NCBI GenBank assembly: GCA_965242965.1
Contig: OZ251518.1
Span: forward strand, 4,576,001-4,640,000
Length of the DNA stretch: 64,000 bases
DNA from: Candidatus Poribacteria bacterium
GTDB lineage: Bacteria; Poribacteria; WGA-4E; WGA-3G
Reading direction: 5' to 3'
Shown here: positions 37,361-46,905 of the stretch, piece by piece
Layout: each line of letters starts with the position of its first letter
How positions within the stretch are numbered: position 1 is the stretch's first letter
Translations under genes and position numbers: made by a program
Notes under the pieces: generated by a model
The model's database searches: none
What the model was told of the DNA's origin: nothing
Seen by the model: only the letters and a program-made list of their open reading frames with translations

Positions 37361-38370
37361 ACCGAATCTACTTCGGCGACAACTTGGAAATCTTACGCGA
37401 GTTACCAGATAATTCCGTAGATTGCGGCTACGCTGATCCGCCGTTCAACAGCGGGCGTGTCTACAACACCTTTCTCGTCAACTCCCAAGCGCAGAAGAAG
37501 GCGTTCACCGATATCTGGCGATGGGACGATGCGGCGAGAGATACACGCGCCTTTGTTGCGGAACAAACCACTGCAACCTATCAACGGCTCAACAAATGCC
37601 TTCAAGGCTACGATTTGGTGCTTCAGGAGGCAACGAACGGCAATAAAGGTTCGATGCGCGCCTATCTCGCCTTCATGGCACCGCGCCTCGCCGAGGTGCA
37701 TCGCGTGCTGAAAGAGACAGGTTCGTTTTATCTGCACTGCGATGCGACAGCATCGCACTATCTCAAGGGGGTTCTTGACACGATTTTTGACGCGAAGAAT
37801 CTGAAGGATAACAAAAACTTCAGAAACGAAATCGTGTGGTGCTACACCGGTCCGAGCAATACGAAGAAGTGGTTCCCGCGGAAGCATGATACGCTCCTCT
37901 TCTATACCGTCGCTGAGCAGGGACACACGTTCAATCCCGATGCCGTGAAGATTCCCTACAAAAAACGCCAGACTGGAAAAACGCAGGGAATTTTTAAAGC
38001 GGATTATGAACTTGATGCGCGCGGGAAAATCCCAGAGGACTATTGGCTGGAAGAACGTGATAACATGACACCTGTCGGCAGACTGGCAAACGAACGGCTG
38101 GGGTATCCGACGCAAAAGCCGCGGGCTTTGCTGGAACGTCTCATCAAAGCATCCACGAACGAGGGTGACATCGTCCTCGATCCCTTCTGTGGCGGCGGGA
38201 CAACCCTCGATGCCGCCGAAACCCTCAACCGGCGTTGGATCGGCATCGATCTGACTATCCTCGCGCTGGATCCGGTGCAGCGACGACTGAGGGAGAGACA
38301 TGGCCTGGAACCTTCGGTGGATTATGAAATTTTCGGCTATCCGACTCGTGAAACTGCCGTGGCGGATTGA
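37357..38370 (+). CDS. site-specific DNA methyltransferase (N4/N6, beta class)
   Basis: GDNL, DPPF, FRNEIVW, YPTQKP and DPFCGGGT motifs; ATG at 37357 overlaps the upstream stop. Confidence 0.92.
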   Translation: MNRIYFGDNLEILRELPDNSVDCGYADPPFNSGRVYNTFLVNSQAQKKAFTDIWRWDDAARDTRAFVAEQTTATYQRLNKCLQGYDLVLQEATNGNKGSMRAYLAFMAPRLAEVHRVLKETGSFYLHCDATASHYLKGVLDTIFDAKNLKDNKNFRNEIVWCYTGPSNTKKWFPRKHDTLLFYTVAEQGHTFNPDAVKIPYKKRQTGKTQGIFKADYELDARGKIPEDYWLEERDNMTPVGRLANERLGYPTQKPRALLERLIKASTNEGDIVLDPFCGGGTTLDAAETLNRRWIGIDLTILALDPVQRRLRERHGLEPSVDYEIFGYPTRETAVAD

Positions 38371-38421
38371 CGCGCGGTATTTTAAGGGAACGCAGTTAAA
38401 GATTGACATCTGATACTAAAT

Positions 38422-38936
38422 TGAGGGTGTTTCATAAATCGCTCAACGTCGTGGTGCCAGCCCCCCGCGTTACGATAAAAAACGCCACCTCCTCATCGTA
38501 GGGCGAGGGCCTGTCCCTCGCCATCGCTCGCGTCATCCAACGCTCGCGGGGGACAGGCCCCCGCGCTACGGTGAAAAAACGCCTCCCCTCACCGTAGGGC
38601 GAGGGCCTGTCCCTCGCCATCGTTCTCGCGCCAGGCCCTGTAGGGCAGGATCGCCTGATCCTGACCCGTTTGTGATCAGGCGATCACAAACTACAGAAGA
38701 GGAAACACACATCATGACGATGGAGCTCGCGGGGGACAGGCCCCCGCGCTACGGGAAAAAAACGCCTGTCCCTCACCGTAGGGCGAGGGCCCTCGGATGC
38801 CACACGCGCAGGCGAGCGGGTTCCCCTCGCGAGCTAGCGTCATCCAACGCTCGCGGGGGACAGGCCCCGCGCTACGGGACAATCGAGACCAGGAGGTCTC
38901 TCCTACGGGAAGGCATCGAAATATGAAACACCCTCA
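38422..38936 (+). mobile_element. MITE-like cassette with REP cargo
   Basis: TIRs TGAGGGTGTTTCATA / TATGAAACACCCTCA; direct repeat CTAAAT at 38416-38421 and 38937-38942. Confidence 0.82.
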
Positions 38937-38973
38937 CTAAATTATTCGGTTTCCCGAAAAACGGAAGAAAAAC

Positions 38974-39002
38974 TTGACATCCGCATATTTTTGTGGTAAA
39001 CT
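38974..39002 (+). promoter_or_regulatory. sigma70 promoter of the Uma2 gene
   Basis: TTGACA-17 nt-TAAACT with a TG extension. Confidence 0.7.
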
Positions 39003-39039
39003 TAACATAAGATTTATCATGAAGGAAGGAGAAACGACA

Positions 39040-40026
39040 ATGCAAACCAAAATGCAAACCAAAGCGCAAACCAATCAACACACCGCGGCGATATACCCCG
39101 CTTACCGCGAGGCACCGCCGCCGCCGCTCCCTTACGAGTTGGCTTTTGACGACGATACGGACTATCCCGAATCGGATGGACAACCTATGGCTGAAACCGA
39201 ACTGAATCGCGACCTGATGATTGACTCGATCCTGACGCTTAAAGCGCGCTTTCAAGACGTGCCGGATGTCTGCGTCTCCGGCGACATGCTCATGTATTAC
39301 GTCATGAAAGATCCGAAGAAATCGGTGGCACCGGATATCTTTGTCACCTTCGGTGTTGAAAAGAAGCAGCGGCGCATCTACCGTATCTGGGAGGAAGGGA
39401 AGCCGCCGGATTTCGTGCTAGAGTTTTCGAGCCAGCGCACGTTTGCCAACGATTTGGGTCCGAAGAAAACGCTCTACGCGGAAGTGCTTGGTGTTCGGGA
39501 ATACTTCCTTTTCGATGCGGAGCGTGAGTATTTGCCCACCCCGTTGATGGGCTTCCGCCTCGTCGGCACCGAGTACGTTCCTATCCGTCCGGAGCCAGAT
39601 GGTAAACTCTTCGCCGAGACATTGGGATTATCCCTCGGCTTACGCGGGGACGGTTTCGGCTACTATGATGCGGTTGCGGGGCGGTGGTTAGAGACACCGA
39701 TGGATGAGGCGGCAGCGAAGGTCGAGGAAGCCTCAGCCCTGGCAGACCGGCTCGCGGCAGAAGCGGCACAGGCAAAGGAAAACGCCGCGCGGGAAGTTCT
39801 TGCGCGCCAACACGCCGAAGGCCTGGTGCAAGAAGAAGCCGCCGCGCGCCAACACGCCGAAGAGGAACGTCAGCACGCCGAAGCAGAGGCAGAGCGAAAA
39901 CGCGCTGAGGCGGCACAAGCCGATGCAAGAGCCGACCAGACCGAAGATGAACTCGCGGAACTCCGAGCGGCTTACCGACAATTGCAAATCGAATTAGAAC
40001 GCCAGAAGTCCTCGGATATAGAATGA
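39040..40026 (+). CDS. Uma2/DUF820 family PD-(D/E)XK endonuclease with C-terminal coiled coil
   Basis: YPESDGQPMAET, APDIFV, WEEGKPPDFVLEFSS and GVREYFLFD motifs; Ala/Glu/Arg-rich tail. Confidence 0.9.
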   Translation: MQTKMQTKAQTNQHTAAIYPAYREAPPPPLPYELAFDDDTDYPESDGQPMAETELNRDLMIDSILTLKARFQDVPDVCVSGDMLMYYVMKDPKKSVAPDIFVTFGVEKKQRRIYRIWEEGKPPDFVLEFSSQRTFANDLGPKKTLYAEVLGVREYFLFDAEREYLPTPLMGFRLVGTEYVPIRPEPDGKLFAETLGLSLGLRGDGFGYYDAVAGRWLETPMDEAAAKVEEASALADRLAAEAAQAKENAAREVLARQHAEGLVQEEAAARQHAEEERQHAEAEAERKRAEAAQADARADQTEDELAELRAAYRQLQIELERQKSSDIE

Positions 40027-40187
40027 AGGATGGAAGGCCAGGACGATTCGGTTTTCCGACGAACCCTGTGAAGGCGGATGTCTAGCTTTGTAGGCGAGAC
40101 CTCCTGGTCTCGATGCGAGCGAAGATCTCTCCTACAAAGGCGGTATTTCAAGGAAGATTATCGCCTCACGATACGGAGACGATTTCA

Positions 40188-40589
40188 ATGTTTGCGCGCC
40201 TGAAGAACATTCACCCGAAATCCGAAGCATTCATGTATCTCGGTATAGCAATCATAGGGCTTATCGGGCTTTTCTGGGGTTACACAGGGCTGCAGGTTCA
40301 CCAAGAGATAGAAGAGGCACTGCGTCGCCGGGAGCGAAAAGATTGGCTCACGCCGCAACAGCGTGAGGCAGAACGCCGGTATCATCAGGTGAAAATCATC
40401 GCAGGCGGACTGATGCTGTTATGCAGCGTCGCGGGCCTGAGGGCAGCCTATATCAAATCGGGACAACCGCACGCGCCGAGTGCGTGGCATCGAAACCCTG
40501 TCGTGTTGACGCGTATCTCTTGGGGGTTGTTCGGTGTCGCGTTGGTTATCCTGTTCATCGACGTTTGGCTCGGTTTCACGCGAGGCTAA
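40188..40589 (+). CDS. small 3-TM membrane protein
   Basis: GGAG RBS; three hydrophobic segments. Confidence 0.65.
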   Translation: MFARLKNIHPKSEAFMYLGIAIIGLIGLFWGYTGLQVHQEIEEALRRRERKDWLTPQQREAERRYHQVKIIAGGLMLLCSVAGLRAAYIKSGQPHAPSAWHRNPVVLTRISWGLFGVALVILFIDVWLGFTRG

Positions 40590-40594
40590 CGCCA

Positions 40595-40930
40595 ATGCTT
40601 TCACGTTTCAAAATGTCCAACCGAAACGCGTTGTGGGTGATATGCTTATGTTGTTTATTCAACGGGATACTTCTACTAATGGAGGTTTACGTTGATTGGC
40701 AACGTGGACACGGAAAGCATCAATACCTCATCATCGCGGGTGGAGGCTTCTTGTTAGCTAGCCTCGTTTGGCTAATTGGGCTTACCCAATCTAGGAAGCC
40801 GCAATCCTCGGCATTTTTAGAGGGACATTCTGTCCTTATCAACCTTGGCGCGATTTCAATAGCGGTGAGTTTGATTCTGAATCTCATTGATTTCGTCGAT
40901 TTCATCGCAATCGATTTTACGGGAGGCTAA
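40595..40930 (+). CDS. small 3-TM membrane protein (paralog of 40936-41250)
   Basis: GAGG RBS, MLSRFKMSN start, three TM segments. Confidence 0.7.
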   Translation: MLSRFKMSNRNALWVICLCCLFNGILLLMEVYVDWQRGHGKHQYLIIAGGGFLLASLVWLIGLTQSRKPQSSAFLEGHSVLINLGAISIAVSLILNLIDFVDFIAIDFTGG

Positions 40931-40935
40931 CGCCA

Positions 40936-41250
40936 ATGCTTTCACGTTTCAAAATGTCCAACGGCAGGGCGATACGGGTCATGTGTGTTAGTTGTTTATT
41001 CAACGGGACCCTCCATCTCGTTAAAGCTGCCGTTGAATGGCAACGCGGCGGCTTGGATTATGGACGCGACATTGCTGTCGGTGGCATTTTCTTTATTAGT
41101 GGCGTAATCTGGTTCATTTCGCTTTACTTCCAATCAAGAAATAAACGCGCCTCGGCATATTTAGAGGAACATTCTGTCATTATGAGCTTTTCGGCGATTT
41201 TAATGGCAGCAGCGTTGATTTTTCACCTGGTCATTGTCTTCACAAGATGA
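40936..41250 (+). CDS. small 3-TM membrane protein
   Basis: GGAGG RBS; shares MLSRFKMSN, CLFNG, WQRG and SA.LE.HSV with the preceding gene. Confidence 0.7.
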   Translation: MLSRFKMSNGRAIRVMCVSCLFNGTLHLVKAAVEWQRGGLDYGRDIAVGGIFFISGVIWFISLYFQSRNKRASAYLEEHSVIMSFSAILMAAALIFHLVIVFTR

Positions 41251-41270
41251 CAAAAACGGAGGAATTCAGA

Positions 41271-42083
41271 ATGATTGATGTCTGTTTTTTTGCTGACGAG
41301 GTTTCCAAAACCGATTTTGAGGAAGCCATCAAACTCGGCGTTGCAGCCGGGGCGAATACCGTCGAAATTCGCGGCGGCGTGTGGGGCAAACACGTCACCG
41401 AAATTGACGACGACGATGTCAAACGTGCGCAAGATGTGCTGGATGCTTACGATGTGAGCGTCGCCAGCATCGGTTCGCCGTTCGGCAAATGCGCAATTGA
41501 CAACCAACAGGAATACGAACTGCATCTGCGGCACTTCGACCGGATGGTAGAGCTCGCGCACGCTTTTGATACGCGCGTCATCCGTGGGTTCACGTTTTGG
41601 AATCCGAATCGCGGTATTAAAGGCGCGGCGCGCCCGGATATCAACGACTATCTGGAACGCATCGCCGAGAAACTCTCCCTAGTCGTGCCGATTGCTGAGG
41701 GTGCGAACGTGACACTCGCCTTTGAAAACGAGAGTGCATGTCTCGCCGGCACGTGCGAAGAGACGCGCGCTGTCATCAATGAACTCGGCAATAGCCCCGC
41801 GCTTACCTCGTGTTGGGATGTCAATAACGGGTTGCACTGCGGCGAGAATCCGCTCCCCGAAGGCTATTCGCACATCAAAGGGTTGGTAACGCATGTGCAT
41901 GTCAAACCGAATGGGCAGAAAAGCCTTGAGCCGATCGGAGAGACAGGTTTGCGTTATGCGCAACTGCTAGAGACGCTTATCGCAGATGGATTTACCGGGG
42001 CGGCAAGTATTGAGCATTGGGGAACGCCGGAGCACATGTTAGAAGGCATCCGCCAACTGCGCGCTGTTGTTGACGCGATGTAG
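41271..42083 (+). CDS. sugar phosphate isomerase/epimerase (xylose isomerase-like TIM barrel)
   Basis: FADE, IGSPFGK, FENE, WDVNN, HVHVK and SIE motifs; GGAGG RBS. Confidence 0.88.
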   Translation: MIDVCFFADEVSKTDFEEAIKLGVAAGANTVEIRGGVWGKHVTEIDDDDVKRAQDVLDAYDVSVASIGSPFGKCAIDNQQEYELHLRHFDRMVELAHAFDTRVIRGFTFWNPNRGIKGAARPDINDYLERIAEKLSLVVPIAEGANVTLAFENESACLAGTCEETRAVINELGNSPALTSCWDVNNGLHCGENPLPEGYSHIKGLVTHVHVKPNGQKSLEPIGETGLRYAQLLETLIADGFTGAASIEHWGTPEHMLEGIRQLRAVVDAM

Positions 42084-42215
42084 CGCGTTTATAGGGCGGA
42101 TTTCCATCATATCCGCCTGTCTCTCTCACGTTTGTGGAGGAACTACTATGCACCTAAATCCCTGTTGTTGCATCGAGACCGGGAGGTCTCTCCTACCGTT
42201 TGTGGAGGAACTACT

Positions 42216-43208
42216 ATGCACCTAAATCACAACCATCCCTCGCTTAATTGGCAGGGAGCCATTTCTCTACAAGAGACTGAGGCGTGGACGATGCCGTGGC
42301 GCACACCGCACGCCGAGCACGTCTTATTTCCCGAACCGTTGCTTGAACGCGCCGCGATGCCCGCGGGTGTCCGCATCAGTTTTTCAAGCGACACGACACG
42401 CGTCGCAGGGAGCATCATGCCGCATCGCGATGTCGGCAAACTTGAGCTCTGCTGCGATGGAGAACGCATTGATGCTATTGACTTAGCCGACAAGGATACG
42501 TTTGCCTTTGAAAACCTGTCGGCGGAAATGAAATTAATCGAACTGTGGCTGCCGCAATACGGCATCTTCCAGCTGCGCAATCTGGAGATAGACGATGGGG
42601 CGACGCTAGAACCGTTTGCCGATGAGCGGCCCCGGTGGATTACCTACGGCAGTTCAATTACGCAGTGCAGACTCGCCGCATCACCAACGCAGACGTGGCC
42701 CGGCATCGTCGCGCGCGGGCGCGGGTTCAACTTAACCTGCCTCGGTTATGGCGGGCAGTGTCACCTCGATTCTATGGTAGCGCGAATGATTCGCGATTTG
42801 CCTGCAGACTACATATCAATGTGTCTCGGCATTAACATCCAAGGCGCGGCGAGTTTGGGACCGCGTGCTTTTCGCCCAGCGATTATCGGCGCGGTGCAGA
42901 TTATCCGTGAGAAGCACCCCGATATCCCACTCGTGCTGATGTCGCCTATCTATTCACCACCGAGAGAGGAAAAACCGAACGCGGTGGGTTTCCATCTGCA
43001 GGGAATGCGCGAAGAAGTGCAAGCCGCAGCGAACGCACTGCAGTCCCACGGCGATAAGCAAATTCACTATGTCAACGGCCTTGACGTATTCGGTGCTGAC
43101 TTGGCGCATCTGCTCCCCGATGATTTGCATCCCGATGCCGATGGATACCGGGCAATGGGACAGAATTTCATCGCTGAGGTTGCGAATAAATTTTTCAAAC
43201 CCCAGTAA
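42216..43208 (+). CDS. SGNH/GDSL hydrolase family protein
   Basis: YGSSITQ, LGYGG, GIN and DDLHP motifs; start at the second copy of a duplicated RBS/ATG. Confidence 0.88.
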   Translation: MHLNHNHPSLNWQGAISLQETEAWTMPWRTPHAEHVLFPEPLLERAAMPAGVRISFSSDTTRVAGSIMPHRDVGKLELCCDGERIDAIDLADKDTFAFENLSAEMKLIELWLPQYGIFQLRNLEIDDGATLEPFADERPRWITYGSSITQCRLAASPTQTWPGIVARGRGFNLTCLGYGGQCHLDSMVARMIRDLPADYISMCLGINIQGAASLGPRAFRPAIIGAVQIIREKHPDIPLVLMSPIYSPPREEKPNAVGFHLQGMREEVQAAANALQSHGDKQIHYVNGLDVFGADLAHLLPDDLHPDADGYRAMGQNFIAEVANKFFKPQ

Positions 43209-43263
43209 GTGCTGTTTGAACCAGAAATGTGAACAGCCCCCAATCGCGAAGGAGGATTGAACG

Positions 43264-44343
43264 ATGAGAACTTATCGCGCCGCTGTCATCGGCTGTAGCC
43301 GGATGGGAGCATTTATTGACAACGAAGTCCCGGATTACGAGGCAATCCGCTTGCCGTATTCGCACGCCGCAGGCTTCTTCGCCGAAGAACGGACAACCCT
43401 CATCGCATGCGCAGACCTGCGTCAGGACGTAATGGCGCACTTCGGCAACCGCTACAACGTGCCGACATCGAACCAGTATACCGATTATCGGGAGATGCTA
43501 GAGAAGGAAAAACCCGACATCGTCAGCGTTGCAACGCAGCCGGAACATCGCGCCGAGATTGTCATCTACGCCGCGAATCACGGCGCGAAAGCCATCTACG
43601 CCGAAAAGGCGATGGCCGCCTCCATGGACGAAGCCGCCGCAATGGTATCGGCAGTGGAGGCAAACAATGTCGCCTTCAACCTCGGCACGAATCGCCGATG
43701 GCACACCGGTTTTGATAAGATGAAGGCGGTGATCGACAGCGGCGATTTGGGACAACTTCGCACGCTGATAATCTATTCAAACGGCACGCTTTTCAACACG
43801 GCGAGTCATAACTTCGATCTGGTTTTGCGTCTGAATAGCGATGCGCCGGCGAAGTGGGTTTCGGGATACCTGCCGAACGGGGATAGCGTCATTGAAGGCG
43901 ATGTCCTCCGTGAAGATCCGACGGGACAAGGCACAATTCAGTTTGAAAACGGTGTGACAGCGCATGCGTTGCTCACGCCACGCAGCTCCGAGTGGGAGGC
44001 GATTTGCGCACGCGGCACCGTCACTTGTTGGAATAACGGCTGGCAGTGGCATATCCGCAAGCAACAGGAAATTCCCGGCTGGCGCGCCTGTCGAGTACCG
44101 GAGGCGTTTCCAGAATTTGAACGTTCCAGTAGCACGGCGAACCTGATTAAAGATTTGGTGCACGCCTTGGATACCGGCGAACCGACGCGCGGCGGCGTTC
44201 GATGCGCTTATGCCAGCACGGAGTTAATCTTCGGCGTGATTGAATCGCATTTACGCGGCGGTGCACGCGTGGAGTTACCGCTAACCGATTCCAAAGTCCG
44301 TTTGCAAAGAAACCCAACGGCGAGACAGCCGCGGGTTGAATAG
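43264..44343 (+). CDS. Gfo/Idh/MocA family oxidoreductase
   Basis: VIGCSRMG and AEKAM motifs; AAGGAGG RBS. Confidence 0.9.
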   Translation: MRTYRAAVIGCSRMGAFIDNEVPDYEAIRLPYSHAAGFFAEERTTLIACADLRQDVMAHFGNRYNVPTSNQYTDYREMLEKEKPDIVSVATQPEHRAEIVIYAANHGAKAIYAEKAMAASMDEAAAMVSAVEANNVAFNLGTNRRWHTGFDKMKAVIDSGDLGQLRTLIIYSNGTLFNTASHNFDLVLRLNSDAPAKWVSGYLPNGDSVIEGDVLREDPTGQGTIQFENGVTAHALLTPRSSEWEAICARGTVTCWNNGWQWHIRKQQEIPGWRACRVPEAFPEFERSSSTANLIKDLVHALDTGEPTRGGVRCAYASTELIFGVIESHLRGGARVELPLTDSKVRLQRNPTARQPRVE

Positions 44344-44364
44344 GAACGAGACGTGACTCCCCCG

Positions 44365-44620
44365 TGGTAGGAGAGACCTCCCGGTCTCGATTTTCAACAC
44401 ATCGGGACAAGGATGTCCCTCCTACCGGGGAGGTTCACATCGGGACAAGCATGACCTGCCTCCGCGGTCCGTAGCGCGGGGGCCTGTCCCCCGCGTTCGC
44501 CTACTCCGCGGTCCGTAGCGCGGGGGCCTGTCCCCCGTGTTCGCCTACTCCGCGGTCCGTAGCGCGGGGGCCTGTCCCCCGCGTTCGCCTACGGTTCCGG
44601 ACAAGGACATCCCGCCTACG
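44365..44620. repeat. REP mosaic with a 3 x 44-bp tandem repeat
   Basis: TCCGCGGTCCGTAGCGCGGGGGCCTGTCCCCCGCGTTCGCCTAC at 44461, 44505 (one mismatch) and 44549. Confidence 0.9.
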
Positions 44621-45374
44621 GTGTTTGATTCATGAGACTAGAGAGCTCCTCCAAAAACCTCTCATAATCAACCCGGTTGTCCCCACCCATTTTTTGGACA
44701 AGCGGCACTGCCAGCGTGCGTGCGAGTTCGCGACGGCGCAGCGTCGGAAGCATCGCGCGGCGCGCCAGATACATCTGCACCGCCTCCAATTCCGCGTCTG
44801 TCAAGAGTTCCGGTTGCATCCATTCGGCGTAACTCAACACGGGTTGCGACGGTGGCGCGGAGGACTTACCGCGCGGGAGGGTTTCGGCGTTTGACGATTT
44901 CGCGCTGTCTCTCACGACGATGGTGCCGGCGGCAAGATCACCGAGTCGCCGCCAGTTTTTGTTCATCAGCATGGCGATGACAGCAATGCCATAGCAGAAT
45001 GGAAGGAAATCGATTATCCGCACCAGATTCCGAATCGCCGAATCGGCGAAACTAATTGGGTAGCCGTCCTCTTTGATAACCCGCAAGCCCAAGGCGCGCT
45101 TGCCCGGCGACTGCCCGTTCATCGTCACCTCAAAAAGCATATAGTAACCCCAGAACAGCGCGAAGACGACAAGTCCGCCGATAGCGGCAAGCCAATTCCC
45201 GAAGATGTCATCAAGTTCTGTTATCGCGGAGACGACGACAAAACTGCCTATCCCGCCGATTAGCGTCAGCAGGAGGGTATCCAGCATCGCCGCATAGAAA
45301 CGCGAACCGATGCCTGCAACGCTATAGTTGAGCTCAATCTGTTCTGGGGTTTTGATGGATAAATGGTTGTTCAT
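44616..45374 (-). CDS. RDD family membrane protein
   Basis: TPEQIEL, AGIGSRFYA..LD, GQSPGKRALGLRV and RLGDLAAGT motifs. Confidence 0.92.
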   Translation of the reverse strand: MNNHLSIKTPEQIELNYSVAGIGSRFYAAMLDTLLLTLIGGIGSFVVVSAITELDDIFGNWLAAIGGLVVFALFWGYYMLFEVTMNGQSPGKRALGLRVIKEDGYPISFADSAIRNLVRIIDFLPFCYGIAVIAMLMNKNWRRLGDLAAGTIVVRDSAKSSNAETLPRGKSSAPPSQPVLSYAEWMQPELLTDAELEAVQMYLARRAMLPTLRRRELARTLAVPLVQKMGGDNRVDYERFLEELSSLMNQTP

Positions 45375-45414
45375 GAAAGTCCTTTGTCGTGGCTTAACTT
45401 CCAGCGTCTGTCAA

Positions 45415-45870
45415 ATCCGTAGCGCGGGGCCCCTCGGATGCCACACGCGCATCCGAGCGGGTTTCCCCCGCGTGCAAAGAAGCCCCGGTAGGAGAGACCT
45501 CCCGGTCTCGACTGTCGTGGATTAATCTCTAGCGTCCGTCAAATCCGTAGCGCGTGGGCCCTCGGATGCCACACGCGCATCCGAGCGGGTTTCCCCCGCG
45601 ATCGTTGCATGGCGAGGGACAGGCCCTCGCCCTACGGTAAGAGCAGCCGTGCTGGATACCGTAGCGCGGGGGCCTGTCCCCCGTGATCGTTGCATGGCGA
45701 GGGACAGGCCCTCGCCCTACGGTGAAGTACCATTTTTTCCCGTAGCGCGGGGGCCTGTCCCCCGCGATCGTCGATGCATCGCGAGGCGCGGGGCCGCGTG
45801 CAACGAATAGCATCCCCCAAATCCGTAGCGCGGGGGCCTGTCCCCCGCGATCATCGATGCATCGCGAGGT
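45415..45870. repeat. REP mosaic in the divergent RDD/SpoIIM gap
   Basis: Multiple GTAG hairpins in both orientations. Confidence 0.9.
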
Positions 45871-45905
45871 GCAGGTTTTCGTGCAACAGATTAACCAAAA
45901 CTAAT

Positions 45906-46880
45906 ATGACTTCAGAAGAATTCGTTAACAAAAAACAGCCAACCTGGTCAGAATTAGAATCACTCTTGGCACGCGCCCGCGGTGCGGGACGCAGCAGATT
46001 GTCTCCATCACAACTAGACAGGTTGGGTTATCTCTATCGTCGCGTTACCTCGGATTTAGCGGTGGCGAGGCGCGATTTCCCGCGAACGCCTTGCGTCACT
46101 TATTTGAACCAACTCGCTTCGCGTGCGCATTCTGGGATTTACCAGACTTCGCCTTTCAAACGCGGCTCGCTCGGGCAGTTTCTCCGAACCGAGTTTCCCG
46201 TGCTATGCCGCGCGAATCTCATTTTCATTGCCGCCGCATTTTTGCTGTTTCTTCTCGGATTTGCGTCAGCCTATTGGCTTGCTTTGACAAACCCCGGTTT
46301 CGCGGAAGACATCGTTCCGGCGCACCTGCTCGATCATTTACATAAAACCGACAAGACGACGTGGAACAACACATCGGCAGAGGCGCGAAACCTACTGTCC
46401 TCTTTCGTCATCACGAATAACATTCGGGTTGCGTTTTTGGCATTCGCCGCGGGCATCGCTTTCATGCTCGGTTCAGTCTACATTTTAGCGTTTAACGGGG
46501 TGTTCATCGGCGCGATTGCGGGGCTCAGTCATGTGCATGGGCTTTCGCTGGCACTCTGGTCCTTCGTATCGCCGCACGGTTATATTGAATTGACAGCGAT
46601 TTTTATTGCGGGTGGTGCCGGGTTAAAAATGGGATACGCGCTCATCGCTCCCGGCTTGTTTACCCGAAAACGCGCGCTGACCGAGGCTGCGAAAACCGCT
46701 GTGCGTCTCCTCGGCGGATGTATCGCCTTGTTTCTCATCGCGGGCGTTATTGAGGGATTTATCTCTCCTTCCGGATTGGCACCATCGGTTAAAATAGGCT
46801 TCGGCGCGCTGACCGGGGTTGCTTTGTTCAGTTATCTGTTTAAAGTCCGAACGACAGAAGTGAACAAGCGAAAACCGTAG
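45906..46880 (+). CDS. stage II sporulation protein M (DUF95) family membrane protein
   Basis: W.ELE.LL, LYR..SDLA.AR, NNIRVAF, PHG.IELTAI and AG.IEGF motifs. Confidence 0.9.
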   Translation: MTSEEFVNKKQPTWSELESLLARARGAGRSRLSPSQLDRLGYLYRRVTSDLAVARRDFPRTPCVTYLNQLASRAHSGIYQTSPFKRGSLGQFLRTEFPVLCRANLIFIAAAFLLFLLGFASAYWLALTNPGFAEDIVPAHLLDHLHKTDKTTWNNTSAEARNLLSSFVITNNIRVAFLAFAAGIAFMLGSVYILAFNGVFIGAIAGLSHVHGLSLALWSFVSPHGYIELTAIFIAGGAGLKMGYALIAPGLFTRKRALTEAAKTAVRLLGGCIALFLIAGVIEGFISPSGLAPSVKIGFGALTGVALFSYLFKVRTTEVNKRKP

Positions 46881-46905
46881 AAATGCGCTCGGCCGATCTG
46901 GTTTG

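Noticed and set aside
37402-38409. Long antisense ORFs (also 33227-34198, 25098-25892, 21686-22336 and 22572-23249)
   Set aside because: They are shadows of well-supported genes on the opposite strand and carry no motifs of their own.
40188-41250. Integron cassette array
   Set aside because: The junctions are 5-bp gaps inside a direct repeat, with no attC-like palindrome and no integrase in the window.
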